From Chlorobiota bacterium (GTDB taxonomy: Bacteria; Bacteroidota; Ignavibacteria; OLB7), in the NCBI GenBank assembly GCA_021296135.1, contig JAGWAZ010000018.1, positions 31,808 to 95,807 on the forward strand: a DNA stretch of 64,000 nt. The letters run 5' to 3'. Shown here piece after piece: positions 9,940 through 19,660 of this stretch. Below the pieces are notes generated by a model, which did no database searches, was not told the origin of the DNA, and was given only the letters and a program-made list of their open reading frames with translations. Both the position numbers and the translations under genes were made by a program. Every line of letters starts with the position of its first letter. Positions within the stretch are counted from its first letter, which is position 1.

Positions 9940-11157
9940 TCAAATAAGTTTCACTCGTACAGGCTCTCCAGGCCCGACGTGCTGCGTCTCTTCATCGATG
10001 AGAATAAAACAGTTTGCCTTGCTCATCGAACTCATTGCACCGCTCGACTGCGTTCCGGTTATCGAGACAGTCGGATTGCCATCTTCGCTGAACTGCAGAA
10101 CACCACGCATAAAATGGCGTTTGTTGTCCTTCTTTGTAATCTCATCTTCAAGTAGCGCGGTCATACCATCCCCTTCAGTCTTTTCTCCAAGCATCGACGT
10201 AATTGCAGGTACTGCAAACACCTGGAACGTGACGAGTGACGAGACCGGATTGCCCGGCAGACCAAAAACTAATGTTTTACGTTCTCCCTCTTGCCGGAGA
10301 CCAAAAAGAACCGGTTTCCCCGGCTTGATGTTTGCTTTATGGAATCGGACCTTTACACCCAGTTCCGGTAGCAAAGTCTGTAGAAGATCGTAGTCTCCGG
10401 CTGAGACGCCACCTGTGGTCAGCAGTAGGTCATATTGCAGTCCGGTCTCCAGGCTATCAAGAAGCTCGTTCCGGTCGTCCTCTGCAATGCCGAGATCAAT
10501 CGGTTCAGCTCCGGCCCGAACGCAAGCGGCATAGAGCGCCGGTCCGTTGCTGTTCCGTAGCTGTCCCGGTTCTGGCTTTCTATGTGGTTCTATGACTTCG
10601 TTTCCAGTGGCGAGGATACCGACTTTTGGCTTTATCCGAACGGGAACATTCGTGATTCCAAGCGATGCCAGAACACCTATATCGCCTGGCTGAAGACGTT
10701 TTCCCACGGGTATAATTTCCTCTCCAATCTTTATGTCTTCTCCAGCCAAACGTATCGATGAACCGACTGAAACGCTCCGAAGCACATGAACGGTATCCTC
10801 CTTCTCCTCTGTCGATTCCACCTCCACCACAGCATTGGCTCCATCCGGAACAATCCCACCGGTCATGATACGAACGGCTGTTCCGGGCTCAACGCTCCCT
10901 TGAAAAGGTGCACCGGCCGGGGCTTCCCCGATTACCCGAAGTCGGGCAGGTGATTTTTGCGATGCAGCTCGGGTATCCTCTGATAGAACTGCATAGCCGT
11001 CCATTGCCGAGTTGTTATATGCGGGAATCTGTTCGGTAGCAACGATGCCTTCAGCCACTGTTCGGCCCAGCGAGAGAACAAGAGGTACTCTTTCCGAGGG
11101 CAGGGGAGTGATGACCTCATCAAGGATAGTCTGTAAGGCTTCAGAGTATGATATCAT
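9940..11157 (-). CDS. moeA: Molybdopterin molybdotransferase MoeA (gephyrin-like)
   Basis: NSAMDGYA, RIMTG, TGNEV, TGGVSAGDYD, KPGKP, GLPGNPVS; start moved to MISYSEAL. Confidence 0.95.
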   Translation of the reverse strand: MISYSEALQTILDEVITPLPSERVPLVLSLGRTVAEGIVATEQIPAYNNSAMDGYAVLSEDTRAASQKSPARLRVIGEAPAGAPFQGSVEPGTAVRIMTGGIVPDGANAVVEVESTEEKEDTVHVLRSVSVGSSIRLAGEDIKIGEEIIPVGKRLQPGDIGVLASLGITNVPVRIKPKVGILATGNEVIEPHRKPEPGQLRNSNGPALYAACVRAGAEPIDLGIAEDDRNELLDSLETGLQYDLLLTTGGVSAGDYDLLQTLLPELGVKVRFHKANIKPGKPVLFGLRQEGERKTLVFGLPGNPVSSLVTFQVFAVPAITSMLGEKTEGDGMTALLEDEITKKDNKRHFMRGVLQFSEDGNPTVSITGTQSSGAMSSMSKANCFILIDEETQHVGPGEPVRVKLI

Positions 11158-11292
11158 AACACAATTCTGCTCAAAAACACCGTCAAAAGAGAAAAGATAC
11201 GATGAGAGAGAGTAAGTAGAGATGGGTGGAGCCAATGAAACCGAGATTTCGCCTATTTTCCTGCTTTATCACTTTTTTTGGAATCACGATGT

Positions 11293-11811
11293 ATGAACTA
11301 TATGAACTTTCAAGTAGTTGAGGCTGATTTTAGTAATCAAGATCATTGCGAGGCAATTCCAACCTTGATCGATGACTACGCTCGCGATCCAGTGGGCCGA
11401 GGAGAAGGGCTGCAGAAGGAGATCCTTGAGAGGATTGTGCCGGGCTTAGCGGCACATCCGTCGGCCCTTGTTTTGTTAGCGTACGATGGTGATCGACCCG
11501 TAGGCATTGCCAACTGCTTCGTCGGGTTTTCGACATTTGCTGCGCGACCCCTAATCAATGTGCATGACCTCGCGGTGATTATGGAATATCGTGGTCAGGG
11601 AATTGGGGAAAAGCTCCTTAGGTCGGTCGAAACGAAAGCGAACGAGCTCGGTTGCTGCAAGTTAACGTTGGAAGTACGCGAAGATAACAGGGCACGACGT
11701 CTCTACGAACGATTCGGGTTTGGAGATTTTTCAACCGCAGAAGAAGGGACAAAGACAATCTTTTTGGAGAAGAAGTTGGGGGGACGTAGAAGTTGTTTGA
11801 TAGAGCCTTGA
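11293..11811 (+). CDS. GNAT family N-acetyltransferase
   Basis: INVHDLAV-x3-RGQGIG-x-LL, KLTLEV, ARRLYERFGF. Confidence 0.9.
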   Translation: MNYMNFQVVEADFSNQDHCEAIPTLIDDYARDPVGRGEGLQKEILERIVPGLAAHPSALVLLAYDGDRPVGIANCFVGFSTFAARPLINVHDLAVIMEYRGQGIGEKLLRSVETKANELGCCKLTLEVREDNRARRLYERFGFGDFSTAEEGTKTIFLEKKLGGRRSCLIEP

Positions 11812-12278
11812 ACAAAAGGAGAGGGGAATAATTGGCCACCGTACAACAGTATAACATACGCATCCCCGCCTCGGCCTCTCCTGAATGATAGGCTCCCTGA
11901 ACCCGAATATGTCGTGATGCCTCCAGGGAACAATGGATTGTTGTGGTGTTACGTACTGTTACTATCGATTGTTTTTTTAAGAATTTTCTGGCATATATTA
12001 CCCTTGCTCTTGCTCTGTTTGTGTTTGATATTATGAAGATAATGTATAATAGTATGTACGGGCCACGGGCCACAAAAAGCACCACGCCGTGGGGCGTGGC
12101 ACTTTACCTGAGTCTACTCCATCTCAAGTCTCCTTAACATACCAACATGCCCAAAAGTGCAGAGCCCCACCTGCGCACTTCTCAACGAAAATCGGAAAAA
12201 ACCTCCGCTCTTTGCTGAAGCGTGAGGTGTTACACGTTAAAAACTTTCATTTTATCTGAAATTCACGACATCTCATTC

Positions 12279-12356
12279 GATGTTCGTGGGGAATGAGAGG
12301 CCCAATCCCAATGTTCTGATGTTCGTACTGGAATGAGGGGCTCCAATTCCAACATT
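12279..12356 (+). repeat. Imperfect tandem direct repeat (2 x ~39 bp) upstream of a secreted-protein gene
   Basis: GATGTTCGTgggGAATGAGaGGCcCAATcCCAAtgTT at 12279 and GATGTTCGTactgGAATGAGgGGCtcCAATtCCAAcaTT at 12318. Confidence 0.75.
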
Positions 12357-12393
12357 ACAATAACCAAAAAACCAAATCATAAGGAGTTCTATT

Positions 12394-12789
12394 ATGACAA
12401 CTTCAGTCAAATTTATCGTGAGCTTTGTAGTGCTCGTCTTCGTTTCGATGAGCCTCTATGCAAAAACAATTACCATAACAAGAAGTGGTGGTGGCCCAAA
12501 TGGATTTTTGAATGTCAATGAAACTCATGAGGATAACCCATGGCCTCTAGCGGACGCATCTACACTTGACTGTACTGGATCTGGCTACAGCGCTTGCGAG
12601 TGGATGTACCCGCCGAAGATTTCAGCCATTCCGCAGGTCGAGGATGAGATTGATGCCGGTAATTATAGCGGCATGTTGGAGTTTACCCATCGAGGAGGTG
12701 AAGTCAGCGTTGTTGTGTGGGAGGGGACCGGTCCTTATGACGTCCTCATTGAAGAGACCATAACACTTCCAGATTCAGTAGTGGAGTAA
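12394..12789 (+). CDS. Small secreted protein with GGGPNG motif and C-x7-C
   Basis: Strong RBS AAGGAG, Sec signal peptide ending SLYA, acidic mature part. Confidence 0.8.
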   Translation: MTTSVKFIVSFVVLVFVSMSLYAKTITITRSGGGPNGFLNVNETHEDNPWPLADASTLDCTGSGYSACEWMYPPKISAIPQVEDEIDAGNYSGMLEFTHRGGEVSVVVWEGTGPYDVLIEETITLPDSVVE

Positions 12790-12821
12790 GGGATGTTCAC
12801 GTCATTCGTGGAGAATATTCT

Positions 12822-14150
12822 ATGAAAAGGCCTCCTTATAGCGAACGCCCCCTCTACGGGGCGTTCGCTATCGTTCTTCTTTCAACAGTTATGCTGTTGA
12901 GCTGCACAACCAAATCTTCTCTTGAGCGAACCACTCTGCCCACAATACAATCCTGGTTCTCTCTCGATACAATTCTCCCCTTGATAGATAATGCCGAGCT
13001 TGTAGATAGGTATACCGTTGTCGAGCTGACAGATTCTCTATGTTTTCTCTACTACTCTGGGTTGCGGATTAGTGATTCGGTCATGGGGGTTCTGCGAATT
13101 GTTCTCGATCAACCAGATACTCGGGACACTCTCTGGTTTGAAATTCCAGGCAACATCAGAGATACGTATTTTTTTGTGAAAGACATTACCGTAGATGCCT
13201 CGGCTATGGGTATCCTGGTGTCTGATCATCTCCTTGTATACGATCTCCAGAGCCTCGGTCAGGAGAACGTGTCCGGCTCTTCGGTCATCCCTGTATGGCG
13301 AAGCGTTCCGTTAGATGATTTCTACTACCAGATACAGGCTTCCGGAGATGCTTTTGTCATGCATGAGTGCGCAGTGAGCAGTACTCTAAGAATTGGTGAC
13401 TATACTGGGATGCGATTATACAGGCCCAAAGAGGACACATTATTCGACCATATCGTATTGCCAAACCCTGAAGGGGTTGAGTATACCCTCTTTAGGCCAC
13501 GAAGCGTTATTGCTGTGTGGGATCAGATGGTTGTGGTTTCAGATATCACGCAGTATAGGGTCAAGCTGTACGATCTCTCCGGAGCAGAAAGGGGAGTTAT
13601 TCAGCGAGAGGTTCCTGGTTGGATTGCCGTTGATATAGAGAAACGTGGCACGATTGATCCTGAGGAGCTCTCTCCGCTTAGCCCTAAGAACAGAATGTCT
13701 ATACGCCAGTATATCGATACCCTACGCCCTACAGCATACTCTACAAGCAACATTCGGCGCGTAGACTTCCTGAACGATTCTACGTTGCTGGTAACATATT
13801 TCAATGGGAAGACGGCAGAGAAAGGGCTACTAAAAGGCAGAGCACTAATAGAGTATGATATCTGGAGGAGACGGAACAATAGGTGGGAGTTGCTTGCTGG
13901 CGATATCCCCGATTTTTCGTCCGATCTGGATAGTAATCTTAGTATCGAACGCATGCTCCCGCTCAGATATGGATTCAAAAGGGGTGGTCTCCCCAATGTC
14001 CTCTATAGGATACAGGAGTACGTGCCTCTTCAGACATTCGATATAAAATACTCGGAATTACCCTCTATAATGGAACAGTACTTGATAGAACATGGAAAGT
14101 TATATCACTCTCTATTTCTCTATTCGTTCAAAGAACCATCGATGCCATAA
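12822..14150 (+). CDS. Lipoprotein, probable beta-propeller fold
   Basis: Lipobox LLSC; beta-rich repeats such as VVVSDITQYRVKLYDLSG. Confidence 0.65.
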   Translation: MKRPPYSERPLYGAFAIVLLSTVMLLSCTTKSSLERTTLPTIQSWFSLDTILPLIDNAELVDRYTVVELTDSLCFLYYSGLRISDSVMGVLRIVLDQPDTRDTLWFEIPGNIRDTYFFVKDITVDASAMGILVSDHLLVYDLQSLGQENVSGSSVIPVWRSVPLDDFYYQIQASGDAFVMHECAVSSTLRIGDYTGMRLYRPKEDTLFDHIVLPNPEGVEYTLFRPRSVIAVWDQMVVVSDITQYRVKLYDLSGAERGVIQREVPGWIAVDIEKRGTIDPEELSPLSPKNRMSIRQYIDTLRPTAYSTSNIRRVDFLNDSTLLVTYFNGKTAEKGLLKGRALIEYDIWRRRNNRWELLAGDIPDFSSDLDSNLSIERMLPLRYGFKRGGLPNVLYRIQEYVPLQTFDIKYSELPSIMEQYLIEHGKLYHSLFLYSFKEPSMP

Positions 14151-14165
14151 TGACAATAGTTCATC

Positions 14166-14732
14166 ATGACAATGTTTATTCTCTATCTTCTCTTATCGTT
14201 GCTTATCGTTGGGTGTAATAGTTCTGGGCAACAGACCGAGGGTCAATCATCGTATTTATCTCAAGAGTCATCATTGGAGCAATTATACACTTCGGATTCA
14301 TCAACATTTGCCGTTCTGGTAAACGCGTATGCATGTCATAGCTGTTTTCTTGTACTTGACAAAGCTTTAGATAGGCTACATGAGACCTACGCGCCGGTCA
14401 GATTTGTTGGAATAGCTCGGTCTGGACCTGATGCGGTATCAAAACATCGAGCATTCACGGGTGCAAAGAGAGTGTTGCCTCATGCCGAGGGAATTTTTCT
14501 GGATGTAAACACATCGGGTAAGCCAGACCCATGGCCTCCAATCGGTCTGAAGAACGGATTGTTTGGGAAATACTCAGTGGTCAAGACCCCTGCTCTATTG
14601 TTCATCCGTCAAGGGAATGTCGAGGTTGTGTTACGATACAGTGACCTTTTTCGGAAAGATGTGGTTGATTTACAATCTTCTATAGAGGAGAATGCTATGC
14701 GTTTAGATAGCCTTTTACGATTAAAGAGTTGA
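14166..14732 (+). CDS. Lipoprotein with thioredoxin-like fold (CHSC)
   Basis: Lipobox IVGC, C-x2-C (ACHSC), late KTPALLFI cis-Pro-like motif. Confidence 0.65.
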   Translation: MTMFILYLLLSLLIVGCNSSGQQTEGQSSYLSQESSLEQLYTSDSSTFAVLVNAYACHSCFLVLDKALDRLHETYAPVRFVGIARSGPDAVSKHRAFTGAKRVLPHAEGIFLDVNTSGKPDPWPPIGLKNGLFGKYSVVKTPALLFIRQGNVEVVLRYSDLFRKDVVDLQSSIEENAMRLDSLLRLKS

Positions 14733-14892
14733 ATGTAGAGATACCCAACCGTTGGTAGTGGATTATTAAGGCAGGTAATGTGTTTAAGGATGATAGATTA
14801 TTATGGCTATGTTCTCAACAAGATCCAAAGCTCTATATGGTTCTATTTGTGCAAAGCTCCTTGCGCAGTAATGCGTCATCCTGAGCTTCGAG

Positions 14893-14921
14893 TGTCACCC
14901 TTCGACAGGCTCAGGGTGACA
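14893..14921. repeat. REP-like palindrome TGTCACCCTTCGACAGGCTCAGGGTGACA
   Basis: 9-bp inverted arms TGTCACCCT/AGGGTGACA; a degenerate half GTCATCCTGAGC lies just upstream. Confidence 0.7.
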
Positions 14922-15075
14922 GGCTGAGTCGATTCGTTATTTCTGTTGTTTGTTTCGTATCGTTCGTGTTGGTTTTATGAAGATTCGGTTGTTACTAAGA
15001 GTCCATAACGCTAAAGATATATATCTCTTTCATATCTTTATTAGAGCTTAGCCATTATTATCTATCTCTGCAAAC

Positions 15076-16210
15076 TCAGCCCTTTTCTACACGCCACAAA
15101 TTCAGAATTCCAATGAGAAGAAAGAGGCCGTTTGCCAACCATGCTGTGAAGACCGGGGGGACATCGGCCGTGAAGCTGAGAGTTTTGCTGACTTCGGTGA
15201 AGATCAGGTAGATAGCGCTTATCAAAGCGGTAAGCGCCATTGGAATTGCCGCGCCTCCCTTACGTTGCGCCGTTGTGAACGGAATACCAAAGAAGACAAC
15301 GAAACTTTGAATGATAGTCGATCAGAAGCGACCGTACATCTCTTCCTCCTCTTTCTTCACGTTGGATCTTTCCCTGAAGTTCTGTCAGGGTCAACTCATC
15401 CGAACTCTGTTGCGAGAGACGCAATTGTTCAGGAGTGATCGGTAGTCCCTTGATCTCACGTCTATCGAACGGTGTTGCGGCAACCTGTTCCGGATCACGC
15501 ATGTTCCTGGCGATACCCCTTATCATTGTCCATACTCCGGTAACCGAGTCATACTCCATCGACTTTGCGTCGATGCGTTCAACGATGGCAAGAGTGTAGA
15601 GTGAGTCCCGTCCTGTGACGACCGTTCTCTCATCAATGGTTTCAGTTCGTGGCACAAGAAGAAGGGCCGCCGAGTCCATTCGTTCAAGACTGACAATCCT
15701 TGCAGTGTTGTTCTTCGTGTCAAAATAATCCATCTGCAGTGTGAGGGTAGGGGAGACGCGAAGCAGGAGATTGCTGACTCCACCGACAATGTTCCTCCCA
15801 AGATACTGCCGATCGATTTCGAACCGCTTTGCGTTTATTTCGGGGACAAACCAGCCATTAAACCAGATCATTCCGCCCCCGACAAGGAAGCCAAAGATGA
15901 GTAGAGGAAGGGCAATACGTCTCATGCCAAATCCCGCAGAGCGAAGTGCTGTCAGCTCATGTGTTGAATCGAGACGACTGAACGTAAAAAGAGCAGCAAG
16001 GAGCATCGCAATCGGAGCAATTAATTTGATGATTTCGGGAAAGAAATAGAGGTAATAGAGGAGAATTGCTTTGAAGGGAACGTTTCTGTCGCTAAAATCG
16101 TCCAGACTTTCAATCAGATCGACGACTACATAGATCGTGATGAACGCAAGCAGACCAAAGAGGAAGGTCTGGATAAACTGACGAAGGATATAGCGATCAG
16201 CGCGTGTCAT
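15076..16210 (-). CDS. lptG: LptF/LptG family LPS export permease (LptG-like), frameshifted near 15300
   Basis: DRYILRQF, PIAMLLAALFT, ELTALRSAG. After YHSKF the homologous C-terminus (VVFFGIPF...AWLANGLFLLIG...EKG*) continues in another frame to 15076. Confidence 0.8.
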
Positions 16211-16285
16211 CTTTGAAAGAATTCAAAATGAAAAAAGAGGATCATTGCTCGGAGATATCTTTCTCCTTTTTTGAATTTTGCGGTT

Positions 16286-17158
16286 CTAATTTATCATTGA
16301 TCCCTTAGCTATTGAATATCCCCCGGCAACCCCGGATCCAATCAAGCCAAGCAGACCACCAAGAAACGGAAACCCTATCAATCCTGGGATGATATACTCC
16401 GTGTTGATTTGGCGGCTCAGTACTGGTAGCAACTGGCCTATGCTGTATAGCCCTCCTGCGGCAATGGCTCCACCGATAAGCCCGATCAGAAATCCCTGAA
16501 GGACAAAAGGCGCAATAATCCATCGTCGCTCCGCACCAAGGAGTTGCATGGTCCGAATCATTGACCGGCGTGTCACGACTGTCAATTGCGCTGTCACGGC
16601 TACAATGCCGATAACGCCGAGGAGCAACAGAATGCCGAGAAGCAAAGCAATGCGGGAGAACAGGATCAATCGTTCTTCTACGGTCTTCAACAGATCACTT
16701 GCAAAGGCAACGTCTTCGATGCTCTTCATCTTCATGAGCCCGGATCGGATAGACTCCACCTGGCTTGTTGTGCGTGATTCTTTCCGTAGATCGACCCTGA
16801 TGGTTGTCGGTAGTGGCAGGATGCCTCCGGTAACACTGGTATCGAGACGAATTGCATCCCCAAATAACTCCGCTCCTTCTTCGGGAGTTCGTACTCGGGT
16901 CGAAAGGACTTCGGGGAGTCGAGCGATTTCCCTGGCCGTCTCCTCTGCTTGGTTGTTTGAAAGGCTATCTACGAGGAAAACTTCGACGACTGCGGAGGCG
17001 CGGGCACGATCAAGTTCTGCCCGGTATCCGAATACAATCAGGAGGAAGCCACCAACAATGGCAAGAGAGACTCCGGTCAGAAGAGCTCCAATGATCGACG
17101 CGCCTGCAACACGACGAATGGAGGCAAATCCTTCCGAGACCATAAAGCCGATTGTCAT
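16286..17158 (-). CDS. ftsX: Cell division permease FtsX
   Basis: TM1, periplasmic domain with PLP-x-TI-x-V, I-x-TMQLLGA-x3-I-x-PFVLQG. Confidence 0.85.
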   Translation of the reverse strand: MTIGFMVSEGFASIRRVAGASIIGALLTGVSLAIVGGFLLIVFGYRAELDRARASAVVEVFLVDSLSNNQAEETAREIARLPEVLSTRVRTPEEGAELFGDAIRLDTSVTGGILPLPTTIRVDLRKESRTTSQVESIRSGLMKMKSIEDVAFASDLLKTVEERLILFSRIALLLGILLLLGVIGIVAVTAQLTVVTRRSMIRTMQLLGAERRWIIAPFVLQGFLIGLIGGAIAAGGLYSIGQLLPVLSRQINTEYIIPGLIGFPFLGGLLGLIGSGVAGGYSIAKGSMIN

Positions 17159-17967
17159 GATTCCGTATTCGATGACAGAGAAACAGTTTCGGAATGCCTT
17201 TCCTGCAGGTCGAGTTTCCAGGTGCGAAGTTCACCAAGCATTGCCTCATCGGTCAACCGATAGTGAATCGGAGTCACCGAGACAAAGCCGTTGTTTACTA
17301 CATGGTCATCACTTTCCTGGCCAACCAATACGTAATCGCCATGTAGCCAGAAGTAGTTCCTTTCTATTGGATCGGTCCGTTCATCGTAACGATCATTCCA
17401 ATAAGAATCGCCTTGTGGTACAACTTTAATTCCGCGAATCTCTTCGAACGGTATTGCAGGAACGTTTACGTTCAAAAGAACGCCTGGAGGCAGACTCCGT
17501 TCGAGAACATGCTGAGCAATATGGCTTGCGACTTTGGCTGCCCCCTGGAAGTCAGCCTCCGGGGAGAAGTCATCGAGCGATATGGCAATTGAGGGTATGC
17601 CTAACATTGTTCCCTCGGTTGCACCGGAAACAGTCCCTGAGTAGACCAGGGAAACGGCAGTGTTGCGTCCATGATTGATGCCGCTGACCAGTAGATCAGG
17701 TTTGCGGGGGAGGAGGTGGCACGTTGCCAGCTTTACACAATCGGCCGGTGTGCCGTTGACGGCCCAACCGAAAAACTCATCGTTGTGTTCATACCGTTCA
17801 ACACGGAGGGGAACAGAGACTGTCAGGGCATGACCGACAGCAGATTGTTGCGCGTTAGGGGCCACAACATCAACGTGGCCAATCTTTTCAAGCTCTGTAA
17901 CCAGAGCACGAATCCCTTTCGAGAAGATTCCATCGTCGTTTGAAACAAGTATTCGAGGCTGGACCAT
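17155..17967 (-). CDS. surE: 5'/3'-nucleotidase SurE
   Basis: ILVSNDDG, GTPADCV, SGINHG-x-N, YSGTV. Confidence 0.96.
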   Translation of the reverse strand: MVQPRILVSNDDGIFSKGIRALVTELEKIGHVDVVAPNAQQSAVGHALTVSVPLRVERYEHNDEFFGWAVNGTPADCVKLATCHLLPRKPDLLVSGINHGRNTAVSLVYSGTVSGATEGTMLGIPSIAISLDDFSPEADFQGAAKVASHIAQHVLERSLPPGVLLNVNVPAIPFEEIRGIKVVPQGDSYWNDRYDERTDPIERNYFWLHGDYVLVGQESDDHVVNNGFVSVTPIHYRLTDEAMLGELRTWKLDLQERHSETVSLSSNTES

Positions 17968-18058
17968 AGCATCTATGTAGTGGAGAAAACAAAATGGTAG
18001 CGATCAGGCACTGAGGCTGGCCGCTGCCGGAATATACGAATGATCCGAATCGACCGAT

Positions 18059-19435
18059 TCATCGAGTAAAGTCATTGTAGAAGAGATAGACCATAAAGAC
18101 GAGAAGAATCAGAAAACCGACCTGTTGTGCAGCGATGCGAACCTTCAAGGGAACTTCTCTTCGTATGATCCCTTCAATAAAAACAAAGACGAGATGACCG
18201 CCATCCAGAGCAGGGATTGGAAGGATGTTCAGGAAGGCGAGCATAACCGAGAGTGACGCCATCAAAGTTAGGAAGAGGACCGGACCGAGCACAAAGGTTT
18301 TCCCGGCCATATTGAAGATTTCGACCGGGCCTGCAATAGACTCCTTCAACTTCTGTTTTCCGGTGAAGAGATCACCGATCAGTCCGGTAATCAACGAAAG
18401 CTGCTTGCCGACATCCTTGAATCCACCACTAATAGCAGCAACAAAGCCGTACGTCCGTTGCGTTTTTGGTCCAACATATTCGGTCTTGATGTGAATTCCG
18501 AGCTTGCCATCCTCGTTGGGGGTTGCGGTCTTGGTCAGCCTCTCCCCACCCCGTAGTATCGTTAATAGAATACTCTCTTCCTTATGTCCCGAGACATAGG
18601 TTATAAATTCATCGGTTGAACTTATTCGTTGTCCATCAACGGATGTGACCAGATCGCCTATTTCTAGTCCGGCATTGTATGCCGCAGATGCTCCGAGCAC
18701 ACTCTCTATTTCAATACCGAGATTATCGGGAAGGAGGATCTCTCCTTCCTTGCTCGGGTTGGCAGGAATCTCTGATCGGGGGATTGAAATAGAGATTGGC
18801 ATTCCATCCCGTTCAATCTGGAACCTTAGGTCCTCTCCTGCCTGCGAAACATATATTTGATCACGAATCTCCTGGTAGTCATGTACACTGTCACCATTGA
18901 TGGCGATCACCTGATCTCCGGCTCGAAGGCCTGCGTCATAGGCTACTGCAGTTGCTCCCTTTTGTGGGAGAGGGCCAATAATGGTGGTGTTCCATATTTC
19001 ATCGCCATGAAAGAACTTCAGGCCGGCAAAGAGGACGATGGCAAGAAGGATGTTCATGATAACACCGGCTGAGAGGACAAAGGCTTTCTGAAGAGTGTTC
19101 TTGCTGCGAAATTCCCATGGTTCTGGTTCTTTCGTTGTAAACTCGGTCTCCATGCTCTCATCGATCATACCAAGAATTTTGACGTAACCACCGATAGGTA
19201 AAGCGGCGACACGATAGTCGGTATCTTCTCCCAGCTCGATATCGTCCGGCAACTTGCCGAAGGAAAATCCATTGATGCGGTTCCAGCCCATCACTCGCGG
19301 GCCAATACCGACAGCAAAAACCTCCGCACGCATTCCGGTCCATCGTGCAGCAAGAAAGTGACCCAGCTCATGAATGAAGACCAGAACACCGATCAGAATA
19401 AAAAAGGCTATGATCGTAATCAAAATCTCAGGCAT
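18059..19435 (-). CDS. rseP: RIP metalloprotease RseP with two PDZ domains
   Basis: HELGH, PIGGYVKI, NILPIPALDGGH; adjacent to dxr. Confidence 0.95.
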   Translation of the reverse strand: MPEILITIIAFFILIGVLVFIHELGHFLAARWTGMRAEVFAVGIGPRVMGWNRINGFSFGKLPDDIELGEDTDYRVAALPIGGYVKILGMIDESMETEFTTKEPEPWEFRSKNTLQKAFVLSAGVIMNILLAIVLFAGLKFFHGDEIWNTTIIGPLPQKGATAVAYDAGLRAGDQVIAINGDSVHDYQEIRDQIYVSQAGEDLRFQIERDGMPISISIPRSEIPANPSKEGEILLPDNLGIEIESVLGASAAYNAGLEIGDLVTSVDGQRISSTDEFITYVSGHKEESILLTILRGGERLTKTATPNEDGKLGIHIKTEYVGPKTQRTYGFVAAISGGFKDVGKQLSLITGLIGDLFTGKQKLKESIAGPVEIFNMAGKTFVLGPVLFLTLMASLSVMLAFLNILPIPALDGGHLVFVFIEGIIRREVPLKVRIAAQQVGFLILLVFMVYLFYNDFTR

Positions 19436-19660
19436 TGTTTTTCTATCGTTGAAATCTTTGTTGTTAGCTAAAGAAGATAGTGGGTTACGTTACTCTTTTA
19501 GTTGTTGGTTCCAATGGTTTCGTAGTCCTATGGTTGTCAGAATAACCACGTTACTCTGGTTGTTGAACTATCAACCATCCAACCAAATCAACGAACGACT
19601 TAGGTTAGGTCATAGTTCTAAAACTGGGACAGTTTCTCTTTCGACCCATGACTCTTTGGC

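Noticed and set aside
12279..12356. CRISPR mini-array (also considered for 39317..39423)
   Set aside because: Only two degenerate copies, with no unique spacers of proper size and no cas genes
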